In this document: one piece after another, positions 30,122-46,908 of the stretch
How positions within the stretch are numbered: the stretch's first letter is position 1
Layout: each line of letters starts with the position of its first letter
Source of the DNA: Octopus vulgaris
Taxonomy: Eukaryota
DNA length: 64,000 bases
Reading direction: 5' to 3'
Assembly (NCBI GenBank): GCA_951406725.2
Contig: OX597827.1
Location: 11,594,001-11,658,000 of the forward strand
The notes under the pieces: generated by a model
The model's input: only the letters and a program-made list of their open reading frames with translations
Databases searched by the model: none
Told to the model about the DNA's origin: nothing
Position numbers and translations under genes: made by a program

Positions 30122-31305
30122 AGTGTGTGTGTGTGTGCGTGTGTGTGTGTGTGTGTGCGTGGTGTATGTGTTGTGTGTGTGTGCATGTGTGTGTGCATGT
30201 GTGTGTGTGTGAGTGTGTGTGTGTACCTGTGATTATGTGTATGTATGTGAGTATGTGCCTATGTGAGTGTGTGAGTGTGTGTATGAGTGTGTGTGTGTGT
30301 GTGTGTGTGGTATATATGTCTCTGTGTGTTGTGTGTGGTGTATGTGTTGTATGTGTGTGTGTGAATGTGTGTGTGTATGCGTCTGAGTGTGTGTGTGTGT
30401 GTACCTGTGATTATGTGTATGTATGTATGTGAGTATGTGCCTGTGTGAGTGTGTGTGTGTGAGTATGTCTGAGTGTGTGTGTGTGTGCGTGTGTGTGTGG
30501 TATATATGTCTCTGTGTGTTGTGTGTGGTCCATGTGTTGTGTGTGTGTGTGTGTGTGTATGTACTTGTGAGTGTGTGTATGTATATATGTGAGTATGTGC
30601 TTATATGAGTGTGTGTGAGTGTGTGCGTGTGTTAGTGTGTTTGTGTGTGTGCATGTTTGTGTGTGCGTGTTAGTGTGTGTATGTAGCTGTGAGTGTGTGT
30701 CTGTATATATGTGAGTATGTGCTTATGTGAGTGTGTGTGAGTGTGTGCACATGTGTTTGTGTGTGTGAGTGTGTGCGTGTGTTAGTGTGTTTGTGTGTGT
30801 GCATGTTTGTGTGTGCGTGTTACTGTGTGTATGTACCTGTGAGTGTGTGTCTGTATATATGTGAGTATGTGCTTATGTGAGTGTGTGTGAGTGTGTGCAC
30901 ATGTGTTTGTGTGTGTGTGTGTGTGTGTGTGCATGTTGCTGGTGTTCTCCAACATACACATAACAGCAAGCATATTAATCTTAAGGCATGCATTGCATAT
31001 TGGACTAAGCTTGCGTGTAAATATGTGCAGCATCATGCACATGCATCTGTATGTGTGTGTTTGTGTGTGTGTGTGCGTCACTGTGTATGTGTGTTTGTAT
31101 GTGAGCATGTATAGCAGTATGTGCAGTAAGTGTGTATGTGTATGTATGTTGGCTTTTCCATGTGTCAGTATGTCTTTATCTCTATGCGTGTATCATAGAC
31201 ATATACACATATGCCTGTATGTGTATATGTCTATGTGTGAGCATGTATATGTATGTGTTTGCTCATTTGTGTGTGTGTGTGTGTGTGTGCGTGCATGCGT
31301 GTGTG
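30122..31305. repeat. 1.2-kb degenerate (GT)n block with internal ~150-180-bp duplications
   Basis: gtacctgtgattatgtgtatg occurs at about 30223 and 30401; gttagtgtgtttgtg... occurs at about 30630 and 30781. Confidence 0.9.
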
Positions 31306-31810
31306 ACTGTTTCGAATAGTTTTGTTCTTCTTTATTGGTTAATAAGGTTTATGTGGAATGGATTGGACTGAAATTCCCCTATTCTTCTCCACACCACCCT
31401 ACCACTTCTATCATAAAACTCAAACAAGTTTATTGAATAAAAACTGAGCTAGTCACATTATTGATAGATGAAGCACAGACACACACATTATACGGACAAT
31501 ACACACATCTCCACACACAACACACACACATCTCCACACACATCTCCACACACAACACACACACAGATATGTATATTTATGTGTTTTTTATATACAGTCA
31601 TATGAAGCTGCCCCACAGTAAAACTTTAAAGTCACTGGCAACCTTTTCCCTTGCATATATATGTGTGCATGTGTGTGTGTGTGGATACACAGACACACAC
31701 ACACATACATATCTACATATATATATATATATATATAGGTGTATACATATATATATACACTGGCTATAAATATGCACATATGCATGTGTGCATTTCATAA
31801 GTGTTTTTTA

Positions 31811-31896
<86 letters not shown>

Positions 31897-32003
31897 GTAC
31901 ATATATATGTATATACATGTATATATATATAAACATATATATATGTATGTGTATATATATATGTATCTGTCTACCTATATATATATGTATGTATGTATGT
32001 GTA

Positions 32004-32071
<68 letters not shown>

Positions 32072-34699
32072 TATGCATATGTATACAAGCTTATGAATGT
32101 AAGTATTTCTGTATGTAAGTGTATGTATGTGTGTGTGTGTGTGTGTGTGCGTGTGTTTGAAGCTAGATTGTCACACACTTACATTCAATAAAAACATTGT
32201 TTGTCTCTTATTCCCCACACAACCCCCAAACTACCAACCACCCTTCCAATCTCCAAGAAGACTACCTTCCATTTTCTCTAAAAATAACATTTCATATAGA
32301 CTCTTGCACAAAATTCAATTTTCTATTTGGGAAGAAAATCTTGTTTATTCTGTCAAAAATCCATTCAACGCTTTTGCTTGGTCCTAGCCTTCTCAGCTGA
32401 GAACTCTCTTCACTGACAGCACGACTACTTATAAGTTGACTGAAGTATAAAGATGTACAATCCAAGTTAATGTTTTAGCCTTTCAGCCATGCTTGCTTGG
32501 CCTCAATCTATGATTAAACAATAGAAACGGCTTTCAAATCTATTTTTCTAAAGAAGCCTATTGATGTATGAAAAATCATTGATTTTTCCCCTGGAAATAG
32601 TGCTTTTATTTATTCATCTTTGTTATTTTGTGTGTGTGTGTGTATGTGTGTGTGTTGGGTGGAGGGAGTCACCATTATTTTTTTTATTTTTATTTCCCAT
32701 TTTATTTTTATTATTATTATTATTATTATTATTAGTATTATTTCTTTTCCTTCCTTCCTCTGTTGTTTTTTTTTATTTCATATTTGGTTGCTGTTTTGTT
32801 TATCTTCTTTTGCATAATACATTTTTTATATCTTCTGCTCAAATAATTTTGTCGGTTGAAACTACTCCAAGCAGAAAAATATTCATAAGCAATCTATTGT
32901 TAATTCATCAATAATCCGAAATGTCTTCATTTTTGTTTTGGGAATTCAGTGAAATTCTTGTCTTTCTTTTCTTACATTTTACTTTTTCTTTTATTCCTTT
33001 ACTTTTCTTTTTTAATCTATTTATTTATTTATTCATTTTTCCTTCCTTCCATTTTTTTTATTTTTAATATTTTATTTTATTGAGGTTTGGATATTCCAAA
33101 CAGTTTTCTCATTGAGTTTTATCTTGGCTGCCACTAAGGACAAAGAAATGATGGAAAACTGTAAGAAATTTATTCAACATTTTTTTTTCCCTTTCCCTCA
33201 TTTATATCTAAGGAATAGCAAAAAGAAAAAAGGTCGGTATTTTATTTTGCAAGAAGATGTCAAAAGAGAAGAACGGCTGAAGCCAAATTGAACATTTTGT
33301 TCTTCGTTTATTTATGATCAATTGAGGATTGACTCATACAAAAGACAGTTTCTCTCAATTTTTGCTAAATTTCATTAAACCCTTGGATATTATTTATTGT
33401 ATCAGTTGTTGGCTTTCAAAAAAAAAAAGTTTAGAGAAATATATTGTCAAAAATATGAAGAGTGGAAAAAAAAAATGAAATTTTCAGTGTTATTTCTTAG
33501 CCTAAGAGTTTCCTAAGCTTCGTGTATTATTAATATGAAGACAAATTTTAGCAGATCTCCTATAAAAATATATTTTCTTCAAAAACATATTGCCAACAAA
33601 TGTATTTACACATACAATATAACTACTCTGCTGGCATGTACATTTATGCAAATAGCCTGAGTTCATCTCCAACCAGTAACATCTACACTCATAACCAAAG
33701 TTTACTGCTAAAATATAACAGAGAGGGAAAAAAAAAATCATTTATGTACACAGTTTAAGTACATACATCCAACAGCCATATTCCTATATTAGAGATAGCT
33801 CACAGGCTAATTTCAGCGATTTATTTTTTTTCTCTCTGTATGATTTATATTCAGTAACAAACGTCTGAAATAGCCATAAAATTAACATAGCAGATTTATG
33901 TACACAGCTAACCATTAGCATCTACACATATAATTTAAGCCCCACCATCAACTTGTAAACATCCGTATACATATCTTTGTTACTCCTACCTCATATAGAT
34001 TTTTTAAAAAATAAGTATCTATTTTGTCTCATAATATTTTTTCAACATTTCCAGCTATATCATTTATATGGTTATCTTGCACATATAATTCATAGAGGGA
34101 TTTTTAAGATGGTAAAAATGCTGAAATTTTAGACTCTTTTATGGATTAAAAAGTATTTTAAGTAGAAAGATTCATATGCTATGATATCCATCACGTTTAC
34201 TTTCAAGTTATATCTACCTTGGTTCAAAGTTACTGGATGACATAAAAATGTTTGAGTGGATTAAGCGTTGGACAGCTGGCCTATGATTCAGAGATAATAT
34301 TGGCTGGCAGTACGAACTAACCTAAACCAGCTTTATGAGATTATTGCTAAAAGGTTTACGGAAAAAGGAAAGTACATAAAAAGCATAAAAAAAAGAAGAA
34401 ACCAAAAAATGGGAAAAAGATGATCATATCAAACATGCCTTTTCCTTGATGGAGACATACATGATGTGGCAGCGGAATTTGTGCTGAGGGAAAAGCCATT
34501 TCTTCTTAGACACAGAATGAAGAATAAATATAGAATGCCAATAAAATCTTCTTCAAAATAAAGCCAGTATAAATTGTTGTTGCTGTTGTTGTTATTGTTG
34601 TTCATAAACCTCAGGACAAAATAGTGGACAAATACCTATGAGCTATGACCATTCCCATATAGGATTTTTTAAGGAAAAGTCTGTTCTGACTACTTTATT

Positions 34700-35096
34700 C
34701 AGGAGTGGCTGTGTGGTAAAGTAGCTTGCTAACCAACCACATGGTTCCGGGTTCAGTCCCATTGTGTGGTACTTTGGGCAAGTGTCTTCTACTATAGCCT
34801 CGGGCCGACCAAAGCCTTGTGAGTGGATTTGGTAGACGGAAACTGAAAGAAGCCCGTCGTATATATGTATATATTTATGTGTGTGTGTGTTTGTGTGTCT
34901 GTGTTTGTCCCCCTAGCATTGCTTGACAACCGATGCTGGTGTGTTTATGTCCCCATTACTTAGCAGTTCGGCAAAAGAGACCGATAGAATAAGTACTGGG
35001 CTTACAAAAGAATAAGTCCCGGGGTCGAGTTGCTCGATTAAAGGCGGTGCTCCAGCATGACCGCAGTCAAATGACTGAAACAAGTAAAAGAGTAAA
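34700..35096 (+). mobile_element. SINE A, full length
   Basis: SINE A consensus; it splits a family G repeat. Confidence 0.92.
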
Positions 35097-35645
35097 TATT
35101 ATAATTCTAAGATAGTGAGATATGGTTTCAAGAGGGTTTAAGCTGCTATTTCCTTCCAGTAGATGGAGTGCTGGCACATACAAGAGGTGGAGAAATTCTT
35201 AGTCCATGGGTATAATTTTACCCACATTCAAATTTGTGGCTGTCTGGTAATGAAGTCTATGAAAACACATGCTGCAAAAAATGTTCTGGGCCTTGAGGGT
35301 GATGACACTGATTCAATATAAGCCGCATCCATTGTGAGTTCTTGTCTTTGAATAGGCATTCCATATCCTTGCACTCTGTTGGAGGCCACTGAAAGGGTTC
35401 GTATTTAGAAGAGCATCAGATTTGAAACATTTAGCTCTTTACCACACACACACACACAAACAACACACAACACACACACATTCATTGGCACTCCATCGCT
35501 TATGACAACGAGGGTTCCAGTTGATCTGATCAGTGGAACAGCCTGGATAACAGAATAACATATTGAATAGTATTATTTTGTGAAAATTGTTATGTATGGT
35601 TAGATGCTTATATGGAGAATGCAGAAACTGAAATACTAAATATAT

Positions 35646-35876
35646 ATTTCTTTATTGCCCACAAGGGGCTAGACATAGAGGGGACAAACAAGGACAGACA
35701 AAGGGATTAAGTCGATTACATCGGCCCCAGTGCGTAACTGGTACTTTATTTATCGACTCCGAAAGGATGAAAGGCAAAGTCGACCTCGACGGAATTTGAA
35801 CTCAGAACGTAACGGCAGACAAAATACGGCTACGCATTTCGCCCGGCGTGCTCACGTTTCTGCCAGCTCACCGCCT
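35646..35876 (-). mobile_element. SINE B, full length
   Basis: SINE B consensus, flanked by tatatatt on both sides. Confidence 0.9.
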
Positions 35877-36283
35877 ATATATTGCAGATATATTATTTAT
35901 GCACGCACACACTCTCAGGCTTAGGTATGGTTAAGCAAACTGTATGATTGTTACTCATGCTTCTATCAAGAGCATTAATAATGTGGGAAGCAAAGATGCT
36001 ATAAGCAACAACTGAAAATACTGTCAAAGACAAGACAAATCCTCCAGAATTTTATCTCTACTGTACAACGTTACTCTGAAAGTCCATAAGAGGTAGGAAG
36101 TGAGTGTGTGCCTTTAAAAACAGACATCCATTGGAATAACTGAAATAAGATTAGCATTCTTTTATTCTTTTACTCCTTTTTACTCATTTTGATTGTGGCC
36201 ATGCTGGAGCACTGCACAAAAGATTTGCTGTAGATCATATTGAATCCAGTATTTTTTTTCAGTTTGGAACTTATTTTCATGGA

Positions 36284-36690
36284 TTACTCTTTACTCTTTT
36301 ACTCTTTTACTTGTTTCAGTCATTTGACTGCAGCCATGCTGGAGCACCGCCTTTAGTCGAGCAAATCGACCCCGGGACTTATTCTTTTTTGTAAGCCCAG
36401 TACTTGTTCTATCGGTCTCTTTTGCCGAACTGCTAAGTGATGGGGATGTAAACACACCAGCATCGGTTGTCAAGCAATGCTAGGGGGACAAACACAGACT
36501 TACATATACATATATATACATATATACAACAGGCTTCTTTCAGTTTCCGTCTACCAAATCCACTCACAAGGCATTGGTCGGCCCGGGGCTATAGCAGGAG
36601 ACACTTGTCCAAGATGCCACGCAGTGGGATTGAACTCGGAAACATGTGGTTGGTTAGCAAGCTACTTACCACACAGCCACTCCTGCACCT
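36284..36690 (-). mobile_element. SINE A, full length
   Basis: Reverse complement of the SINE A consensus. Confidence 0.92.
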
Positions 36691-36791
36691 ATTGCTAAAT
36701 TATTGTTTTGATGTGGATCAATGGACAGGGTGGGGGAAGCAAAACTTGAAAAATTGCTGTAACATTTGAAATTCTCTCATTGCGCATTTAT

Positions 36792-37051
36792 GAATAATAA
36801 TAAATAAATGTGCCCTTTTAAAGCCTAGCCAGGCTCATGGGCCCGGTTTCCCAGTTTCAATGGCATATGTGTTCCCCAGCTGGACGCCAGTCCATCACAG
36901 TGTTACTCATTTTTGCCAGCTGAGTGGACTGGAGCAACGTGAAATGAAATGTTTTGTTCAAGAACACAATGCGTCGCCCGGTCCAGGAATTGAAACCACT
37001 ATCTTACGATCATGATGCTGACACCCTAACCACTAAGCCACGTGCTTCCAC
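36792..37051 (-). mobile_element. SINE D (tRNA-derived) with 14-bp TSD
   Basis: Minus-strand head gtggcttagtggttagggtg...ggtttcaattcc; TSD cattgc(g/a)catttat. An older relative lies at about 11440-11685. Confidence 0.85.
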
Positions 37052-37098
37052 CATTGCACATTTATAGGTTTAGTAATTCAAAAATAGGTTAATGACAT

Positions 37099-37390
37099 TC
37101 ACATATAATTACAAAATGAACAATTTTTTTCTATGTGGCTTCCATTGTTTGCAATTGTGGCCTCCGCATGGCCCCAGAACCCTGCACAACTCTTCACTAC
37201 AAAGTCCGTGGAGATCCTGGCCCATTCCTCATTGGTGGCAGCTTTCAGAGAGTTGATGTCGGGGTGGAGGCATTTGTTGGTGGCATGCTTCAAAATGCAC
37301 CACATGGCATAATCCAGAGGTTGAGATCCGGGCTGGAAGAGGGCCAGAAGACTGCAGGTCAGAAAGCAGTAAAGATGGATTTGTAGAAAT
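37099..37390 (-). pseudogene. Tc1/mariner-superfamily (maT/DD37D-like) transposase C-terminal relic
   Basis: FWPSSSPDLN(frameshift)PLDYAMWCILKH...HPDINSLKAATNEEW...C..F....EATIANNGSHIE. Confidence 0.8.
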
Positions 37391-37470
37391 TTTCTACAAA
37401 TATTATTGTAACTTTTAATAGAAGTTTTCCTTCCCTGCTCTAAAGCCTGAGACTGGGTTATGTTTACAGA

Positions 37471-37668
37471 CTTTCACTTGTTTCAGTCATTTGACTGTGG
37501 CCATGCTGGAGCACCGCCTTTAGTTGAGCAAATTGACCCCAGTACTTATTCTTTGTAAGCCCAGTACTTATGCTGTCGGTCTCTTTTGCCGAACCACTAA
37601 GTTACGGGGACATGAACACATCAGCATCGGTGTCAAGCAATGTTGGAAGAACAAACACAGACACACAA

Positions 37669-37747
<79 letters not shown>

Positions 37748-37917
37748 CATATGTGACGGGCTTCTTCCAGTTTCTGTCTACCAAATCCACTCACAAGGAT
37801 TTGGTCGGCCCGAGGCTATAGAAGAAGACACTTGCCCAAGGTGCCATGTAGTGGGACTGAACCCGGAACCATGTGGTTGGTAAGCAAGCTACTTACCACA
37901 CAGCCACTCCTGCACCT
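37471..37917 (-). mobile_element. SINE A, full length, expanded (CA)n
   Basis: Reverse complement of the SINE A consensus. Confidence 0.9.
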
Positions 37918-37955
37918 ACACTAGTAAATATAAATACAGACATGCACACACACGT

Positions 37956-37986
<31 letters not shown>

Positions 37987-38161
37987 GGCACACATTATCA
38001 CACATACATATTTATAAGATTTCTATGCAATTTCTACCTACCAAATTTCAATCATGAAGCATCGATAAACCTGATGATAAAGTAGAACTGTAATATTTAA
38101 CCGATATATCAGCTTGCACTTGGGATTGAACTTGGAGCCACATGTCTGCAAAATGTACTCC

Positions 38162-38642
38162 TTAACCCTTTTGTTACAAACCCGGCCAAAACCGGCTCTG
38201 GTTATGTGGTAAAATGTCTTGTTTTCATAAGTTTTGAATTAAAATCTTCCACCAAGCCTTAGTCACAATTTACATTCCTAACAATAGCTTAATGATAACT
38301 AAGTTATTTTACTAAATTCTTTGTTATATTTGAAATAAATTGAAAGAAACACAGATCGTCTCAACAGAAAGAAGGTAACAAAAGGGTTAAAATATATAAT
38401 AGAGAAACAATTCTTAACCCTTTTGATACCAACCTGGCTGAAACTGCCTCTGGCTCTGAGTACAAATGTCTTATTTTCATAAAGTTTTGAATTAAAATCT
38501 TCCACCAAGCCTTAGTCACAATTTACATTCCTAACACTAGCTTAATGATAACTAAGTTATTTTACTAAATTCTTTGTCATATTTAAAGTAATTGAAAGAA
38601 ACACAGAGCATCTCAAAATAAATACGGTAGCGAAAGGGTTAA
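38162..38642. mobile_element. MITE E dimer (481 bp), inverted relative to 12048-12528
   Basis: Identical 23-bp spacer in reverse complement; inserted at a TTAA in a decayed SINE A. Confidence 0.85.
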
Positions 38643-38984
38643 ACACACTGCTATTAAAAATACTATATTGAAGATATACATCTTCATAAGAAGAAGACTA
38701 TATTGAGGAGGACCTGACTGACATTGCTGGTGGATAAATAGAATTTAACTATGTGGTAATATCATGTACCCCATAGACATTTCAGGATTACATTTATAAA
38801 TTACATATGTAAAACTGCACAACCTACAGGCCACTGTGTTTTTATTTTAGAGAACCTATGAAATTTGTTTACCATATATTATACATACAAATACACACAG
38901 AAACCATAGTACAAGACATAAATATAAACACACATGCATATGCACACACGTGCATACATACAAACGCAGATAAAGAGATAGATA

Positions 38985-40953
<1,969 letters not shown>

Positions 40954-41261
40954 TACACATATGCTTATATACTGGAACATATGCGTAGATAAAAATCAAT
41001 TATTAAATAAACATACATGGATAATATATATGCATGTGTGTGTGTGTCTATGCGTAAACACAAATACACACACATTAAGTGTGTGTACTTAACTCCCTTT
41101 ATTTCAATATTTTTAACCACACAAACGCTACATACATCTATGCACACACATAGATAATCGTGAAGGTATGCATATGGTAGATATAATTAACGTTAATGTT
41201 TGTATATTTGTTCGCAGCCATCTGTCTACTCATGTTAATAGACAATGACTAAGGCTAAAAC

Positions 41262-42360
<1,099 letters not shown>

Positions 42361-42370
42361 ATAGTTGTTA

Positions 42371-42760
42371 TACTCTTTTACTTGTTTCAGTCATCTGACT
42401 GTGGCCATGCTGGAGCACCACCTTTAGTCGAGCTAATCAACCCCAGGACTTATTCTTTGTAAGCCCAGTACTTATTCTATCGGTCTCTTTTGCTAAACCG
42501 CTAAGTGACGGGGACATAAACACACCAGCATCGTCTCCGGGGGACAAACACAGACACACAAACACACACACATATATATATATATATACATATATACGAC
42601 AGGCTTCTTTCAGTTTCCGTCTACCAAATCCACACACAAGGCTTTGGCCGGCCCGAGGCTATAGTAGAAGACACTTGCCCAAGGTGCCACGCAGTGGGAC
42701 TGAACCCGGAACCATGTGGTTGGTTAGCAAGTTACTTACCACACAGCCACTCCTGTGCCT
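42371..42760 (-). mobile_element. SINE A
   Basis: Reverse complement of the SINE A consensus with a small internal deletion. Confidence 0.9.
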
Positions 42761-43246
42761 AATTGTAAATTTTTGAGCATGATGACATTCTGTTCCTCGA
42801 CATTGTCTTATACCATTTATGTAGGTACAGGTTTATGTTTGCAGTGGTATGTAGAAAATAAAAGAGAACTTTGATATATAATGTATTGTTATCTTATAAA
42901 TGCTCATTTTCTCCAACTTCGTTTAGAATGTAGCATTGCAAGATTAAATTTATCAGGAATATTGAGAGATAAAGTCCTTGAGATGAGATGATTATCATAA
43001 AATATTCATTTTAAGACAACTAAAATTTCTACTGAAGAAAAATGGAAAACAAATAATACAGTCATTAGTTACAAAAACTTGTAAATAGTTGCTAGTAACT
43101 AATAACAAACCAGGAACAAGACAAAAAAAAAGTACGAACTGTATTTTTGTCATTAAGGGAGGCAGTAAATATGAAACAAAGACTTAAATGACAGACATTT
43201 ATGAGGATCAAAGAGATATGATAACAGAAATTGCGATAAAGTTAAA

Positions 43247-43648
43247 GGTGGTAAGTAGCTTGCTAACCAACCACATGGTTCCGGGTTCAGTCCCAGTGTG
43301 TGGCATCTTGGGCAAGTGCCTCCTGCTATAGCCCCCCGGGCCGACCAATGCCTTGTGAGTGGATTTGGTAGACGGAAACTGAAAGAAGCCTGTCGTATAT
43401 ATGTATATATATATGTATGTGTGTGTGTGTGTTTGTGTGTCTGTGTTTGTCTCCCTAGCATTGCTTGACAACCGATGCTGGTGTGTTTACGTCCCCGTCA
43501 CTTAGCAGTTCGGCAAAAGAGAACGATAGAATAAGTACTGGGCTTACAAAAGAATAAGTCCCGGGGTCGATTTGCTCGACTAAAGGTGGTGCTCCAACAT
43601 GGTCGCAGTCAAATGACTGAAACAAGTAAAAGAGTAAAAGAGTAAAGT
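43247..43648 (+). mobile_element. SINE A, slightly 5'-truncated
   Basis: SINE A consensus, nested in the R4-like relic. Confidence 0.9.
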
Positions 43649-44172
43649 AAGCTAAAGAAAAAAGAGGATTTCTGAATGCCCTGTCAAAGCAAAAGCATGG
43701 AACACTACAAAAGCTTCTATACCAAGAGGGAAATAGATGAAGAAAAATTGTAGTGTCAGCTGAATAACAGAGAATTCAAGGTTGAGACCGAAGGATTCTT
43801 CATTACAGCACTGAATGAAAGTGTTGCTGCCAGGAACAACCAAAAGGATATAATGAAGCAACGCACATGTTAAGTAGGTACAGAATATATGGCGACGTAG
43901 AAGAAACAATTATCTTCATTGTATCTGGAGCTAACTCTTAACCAAGAAATAATACAGTAACTGCAATGACAGAAACGGGGTTTAAATACAATGAAAGTTA
44001 TACCAGCAGTATGCAATACTAACAGAAAAGAGGTGGCGTTTGCGTATACAAGAGTCTTAGAGAATGACAAAGTGGGCCTACTTGGAAATATGTCGACCTC
44101 CACACAAACAGGGCAATCAAGGCCAATCATCGAGATATTGTTGTCAAAGAGCAACAGGAAGAGAATTCTCTC

Positions 44173-44402
44173 TTAACCCTTTCATTACTGTATATATTTT
44201 GAGATGCTCTGTGTTACTTTCAATTACTTTAAATATAATAAAGAATTTAGTAAAATAACTTGGTTTATCATGAAGCTAGTGATAGGGACATAATTTGTGA
44301 CTGAGGTTTAATAGAAGATTTTAATTCAAAACTTATGAAAACAAGACATTTTGTACTCAGAGCCAGAGCCAGTTTCAGCTGGGTTGGTATCAAAAAGGTT
44401 AA
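44173..44402. mobile_element. MITE E monomer in the R4-like relic
   Basis: TTAA TSD; removing it restores the host reading frame. Confidence 0.85.
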
Positions 44403-44548
44403 TCAATATATCAGTTCCAAAAGATGACAAGGTATTTTAAAATAAAATGGAGAAATTTTAATATATAAAGATCTGGAAAAGAAGTAACTGGAATATTGGA
44501 GCTGAAAACAAAATGCAATCCCTGATCTGGAAAAAAAAGTGAGCGGAA

Positions 44549-44963
44549 TACTCTTTACTCTTTTACTTGTTTCAGTCATTTGACTGCAGCCATGCTGGAG
44601 CACCACCTTTAGTTGAGCAAATCGACCCCGGGACTTATTCTTTGTAAGCCCAGTTCTTATTCTATCAGTCTCTTTTGCCGAACCGCTAAGTAACGGGGAC
44701 GTAAACATACCAGCATCGGTTGTCAAGCAATGCTAGGGGGACAAACACAGACACACAAACACACAAACACACACACATATATATATATATACATATATAC
44801 GACAGGCTTCTTTCAGTTTCCATCTACCAAATCCACTCACAAGGCATTGGTCGGCCCGGAGCTATAGCAGAAGACACTTGCTCAAGGTGCCACACAGTGG
44901 GACTGAACCCGGAACCATGTGGTTGGTTGGTAAGCTACTTACCACACAGCCACTCCTGCGCCT
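44549..44963 (-). mobile_element. SINE A, full length
   Basis: Reverse complement of the SINE A consensus. Confidence 0.92.
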
Positions 44964-45489
44964 ATAGAAACTGAGAACAAAAACAGTGTCCTGAAATGAT
45001 TAAAGGACTTGCATGCAAATGCAGGATGAAAACCTCTGGACTTTAAGAAAACACAGCATATAGAAAAGAGAACTAATAAGAACTGAACATATACCATGTA
45101 AAAAACTTTCATTATCGTAAAAATTACCGAACTAAAACCAAACTAAACACTACAAATACCCAAGGCACATAGAGCTGTGCTTGAAAGAAAAAGAATGCAA
45201 TTAAAAGTGTTGTACTAAAGCCTGATAACAATAATAGTGAATTCTCATTAAGGTGCAAGACCAGCAATTAATTAATTGCAATTTAGACACGAGGCCAGCA
45301 ATTTTGAGGGAAGGCATTAGCTGATTCCATCGATCCCAGTATACTTTGTTTCATCAGTGCTCAAGAGAGGAAAGACAGAGTTGAACTCAGATTATAAAGA
45401 GATGAAATAAATGCCAAAATACATATTTCTAATGCATTAATGATTCAACTACTCTACCACCCTAACAACGACAATAATGATGATCACTA

Positions 45490-45502
45490 TGGTGGTGGTG
45501 GC

Positions 45503-45537
<35 letters not shown>

Positions 45538-45910
45538 CAGTAGCAGTAATAGTAGTAGTGGTAGTGGTAGTAGTAGTAGTTGTAGCAGTAGCAGTAGCAA
45601 TAATAGTTGTAGTAGTAGTAGTAGTAGTAGTAGTAGCAGTAATAGTAGTAGTAGTAGTAGTAGTTGTAGGAATTACAACCGTGTTTCGTGGTCTGCTACC
45701 ACAACAGCTCCTTTATAGGATCCAGTTAGCTCAAGACATCATCAGGAGGAACCACGTCCGGTTTTGGCCCCTACTCCTCTACCGTTTTGACGTGGTTGGC
45801 CCCCCCCACTTTCGGAGGTGTCTTCAGCTCTGGTGTTGGGGGCATGTCTTCTTTCTTCTTCTTTCTTCTGTTCCCTGGCCTCTAGTAGTAGTAGTAGTAG
45901 TAGTAGTAGT
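45490..45910. repeat. (AGT)n microsatellite interrupted by a GC-rich insert
   Basis: Direct reading. Confidence 0.9.
45678..45784 (-). ncRNA. Candidate hammerhead ribozyme (type III-like topology) in a GC-rich insert (about 45670-45883) within (AGT)n
   Basis: Minus strand: cggt-A-gagga...tcctc-CTGATGA-long bulged stem II (gtct/agac, gcta/tagc, tcct/agga)-GAAAC-acg. The core boxes are canonical but stem III is imperfect. Confidence 0.45.
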
Positions 45911-46318
45911 CATACATGACCAATTCAAGCAATGAGCCAAAGATGTAAAAAAAAAAACTAGCTATAATTGATGGCTAGAAATCTGAAACAAGAGATTGAA
46001 GCACTAAGTATAGCCATTCATGAACAAGCCATTAGGATAAATCTGATAAAATCTCAGACAGAAACTGTAGAATCTGTAGGAAAAATGAAAGTATCAATCA
46101 TTTCTTGAGTGAGTGCAGTAAGTTAGCACAAAAAGAGTATAAGTGTAGACATGACAATGTAGATAAATGAGTACATTGAGATGTTAGGAGAGTGTGTGCC
46201 CTTGAAATAACGGGTATGTGGCATAAACATGAACCAGAGACTGTGACAGAGAATGAGAATTATATAATCTTATGGGCCTTTCCCCATACTATTGAAGAAA
46301 GAAAACCAGATATGATAA

Positions 46319-46773
46319 TACTCTTTTGACTGTGGCCAGGCTGGAGCACCACCTTTAGTCGAGCACATCGACCCCAGGACTTATTCTTTGTAAGCCTAGT
46401 ACTTATTCTATCAGTCTCTTTTGTCGAACTGCTAAGTTACGGAGATGTAAACACACCAGCATCGGTTGTCAAGTGATGTTGGAGGGACAAACACAGACAC
46501 ACAAACATATACACACACACATACATATAGACATATATATATATATGTGTTTATATATATATACATACGACAGGCTTCTTTCAGTTTCCATCTACCAAAT
46601 CCACTCACAAGGCTTTGGTTGGCCCGAGGCTATAGAAGAAGACACTTGCCAAGGTTTCTTCTGAACCCGGAACCATGTAGCTATAGTAGAAGACACTTGC
46701 CCAAGGTGTCTTCTGAACTTGGAACCATGTGGTTTGTAAGCAAGCTACTTACCACACAGCCACTCCTACGCCT
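46319..46773 (-). mobile_element. SINE A with internal ~50-bp duplication
   Basis: SINE A consensus; gctatag.agaagacacttgcc...ggaaccatgt occurs twice. Confidence 0.9.
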
Positions 46774-46908
46774 ATAGAGAACAAAATAAAATACAAGAAC
46801 ATAGACTTTGTAACTTTCTTTGATAACAAAGAAGAAACCAAAGAAATTTTTAAAATTGAGAAATACCAGGTTCTAATCAGAGAGCTGAAGAGCCTGTGGA
46901 CAGTAATT

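Larger units (their letters stand above)
42950..45238 (+). mobile_element. Decayed R4/Dong-clade RLE non-LTR retrotransposon 3' part, with nested SINE A (x2) and MITE E
   Basis: Peptide remnants EIDEEK..FKVETEGFFITA...RNNQK, RYRIYGDVEETI..IVSG, TEKRW, VLEND, HTNRAIKANHRDIVVK...LLINISVPKDD and KDLEK. The frame LL|INISVP is restored when the TTAA MITE is removed. The 5' boundary is approximate. Confidence 0.75.
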
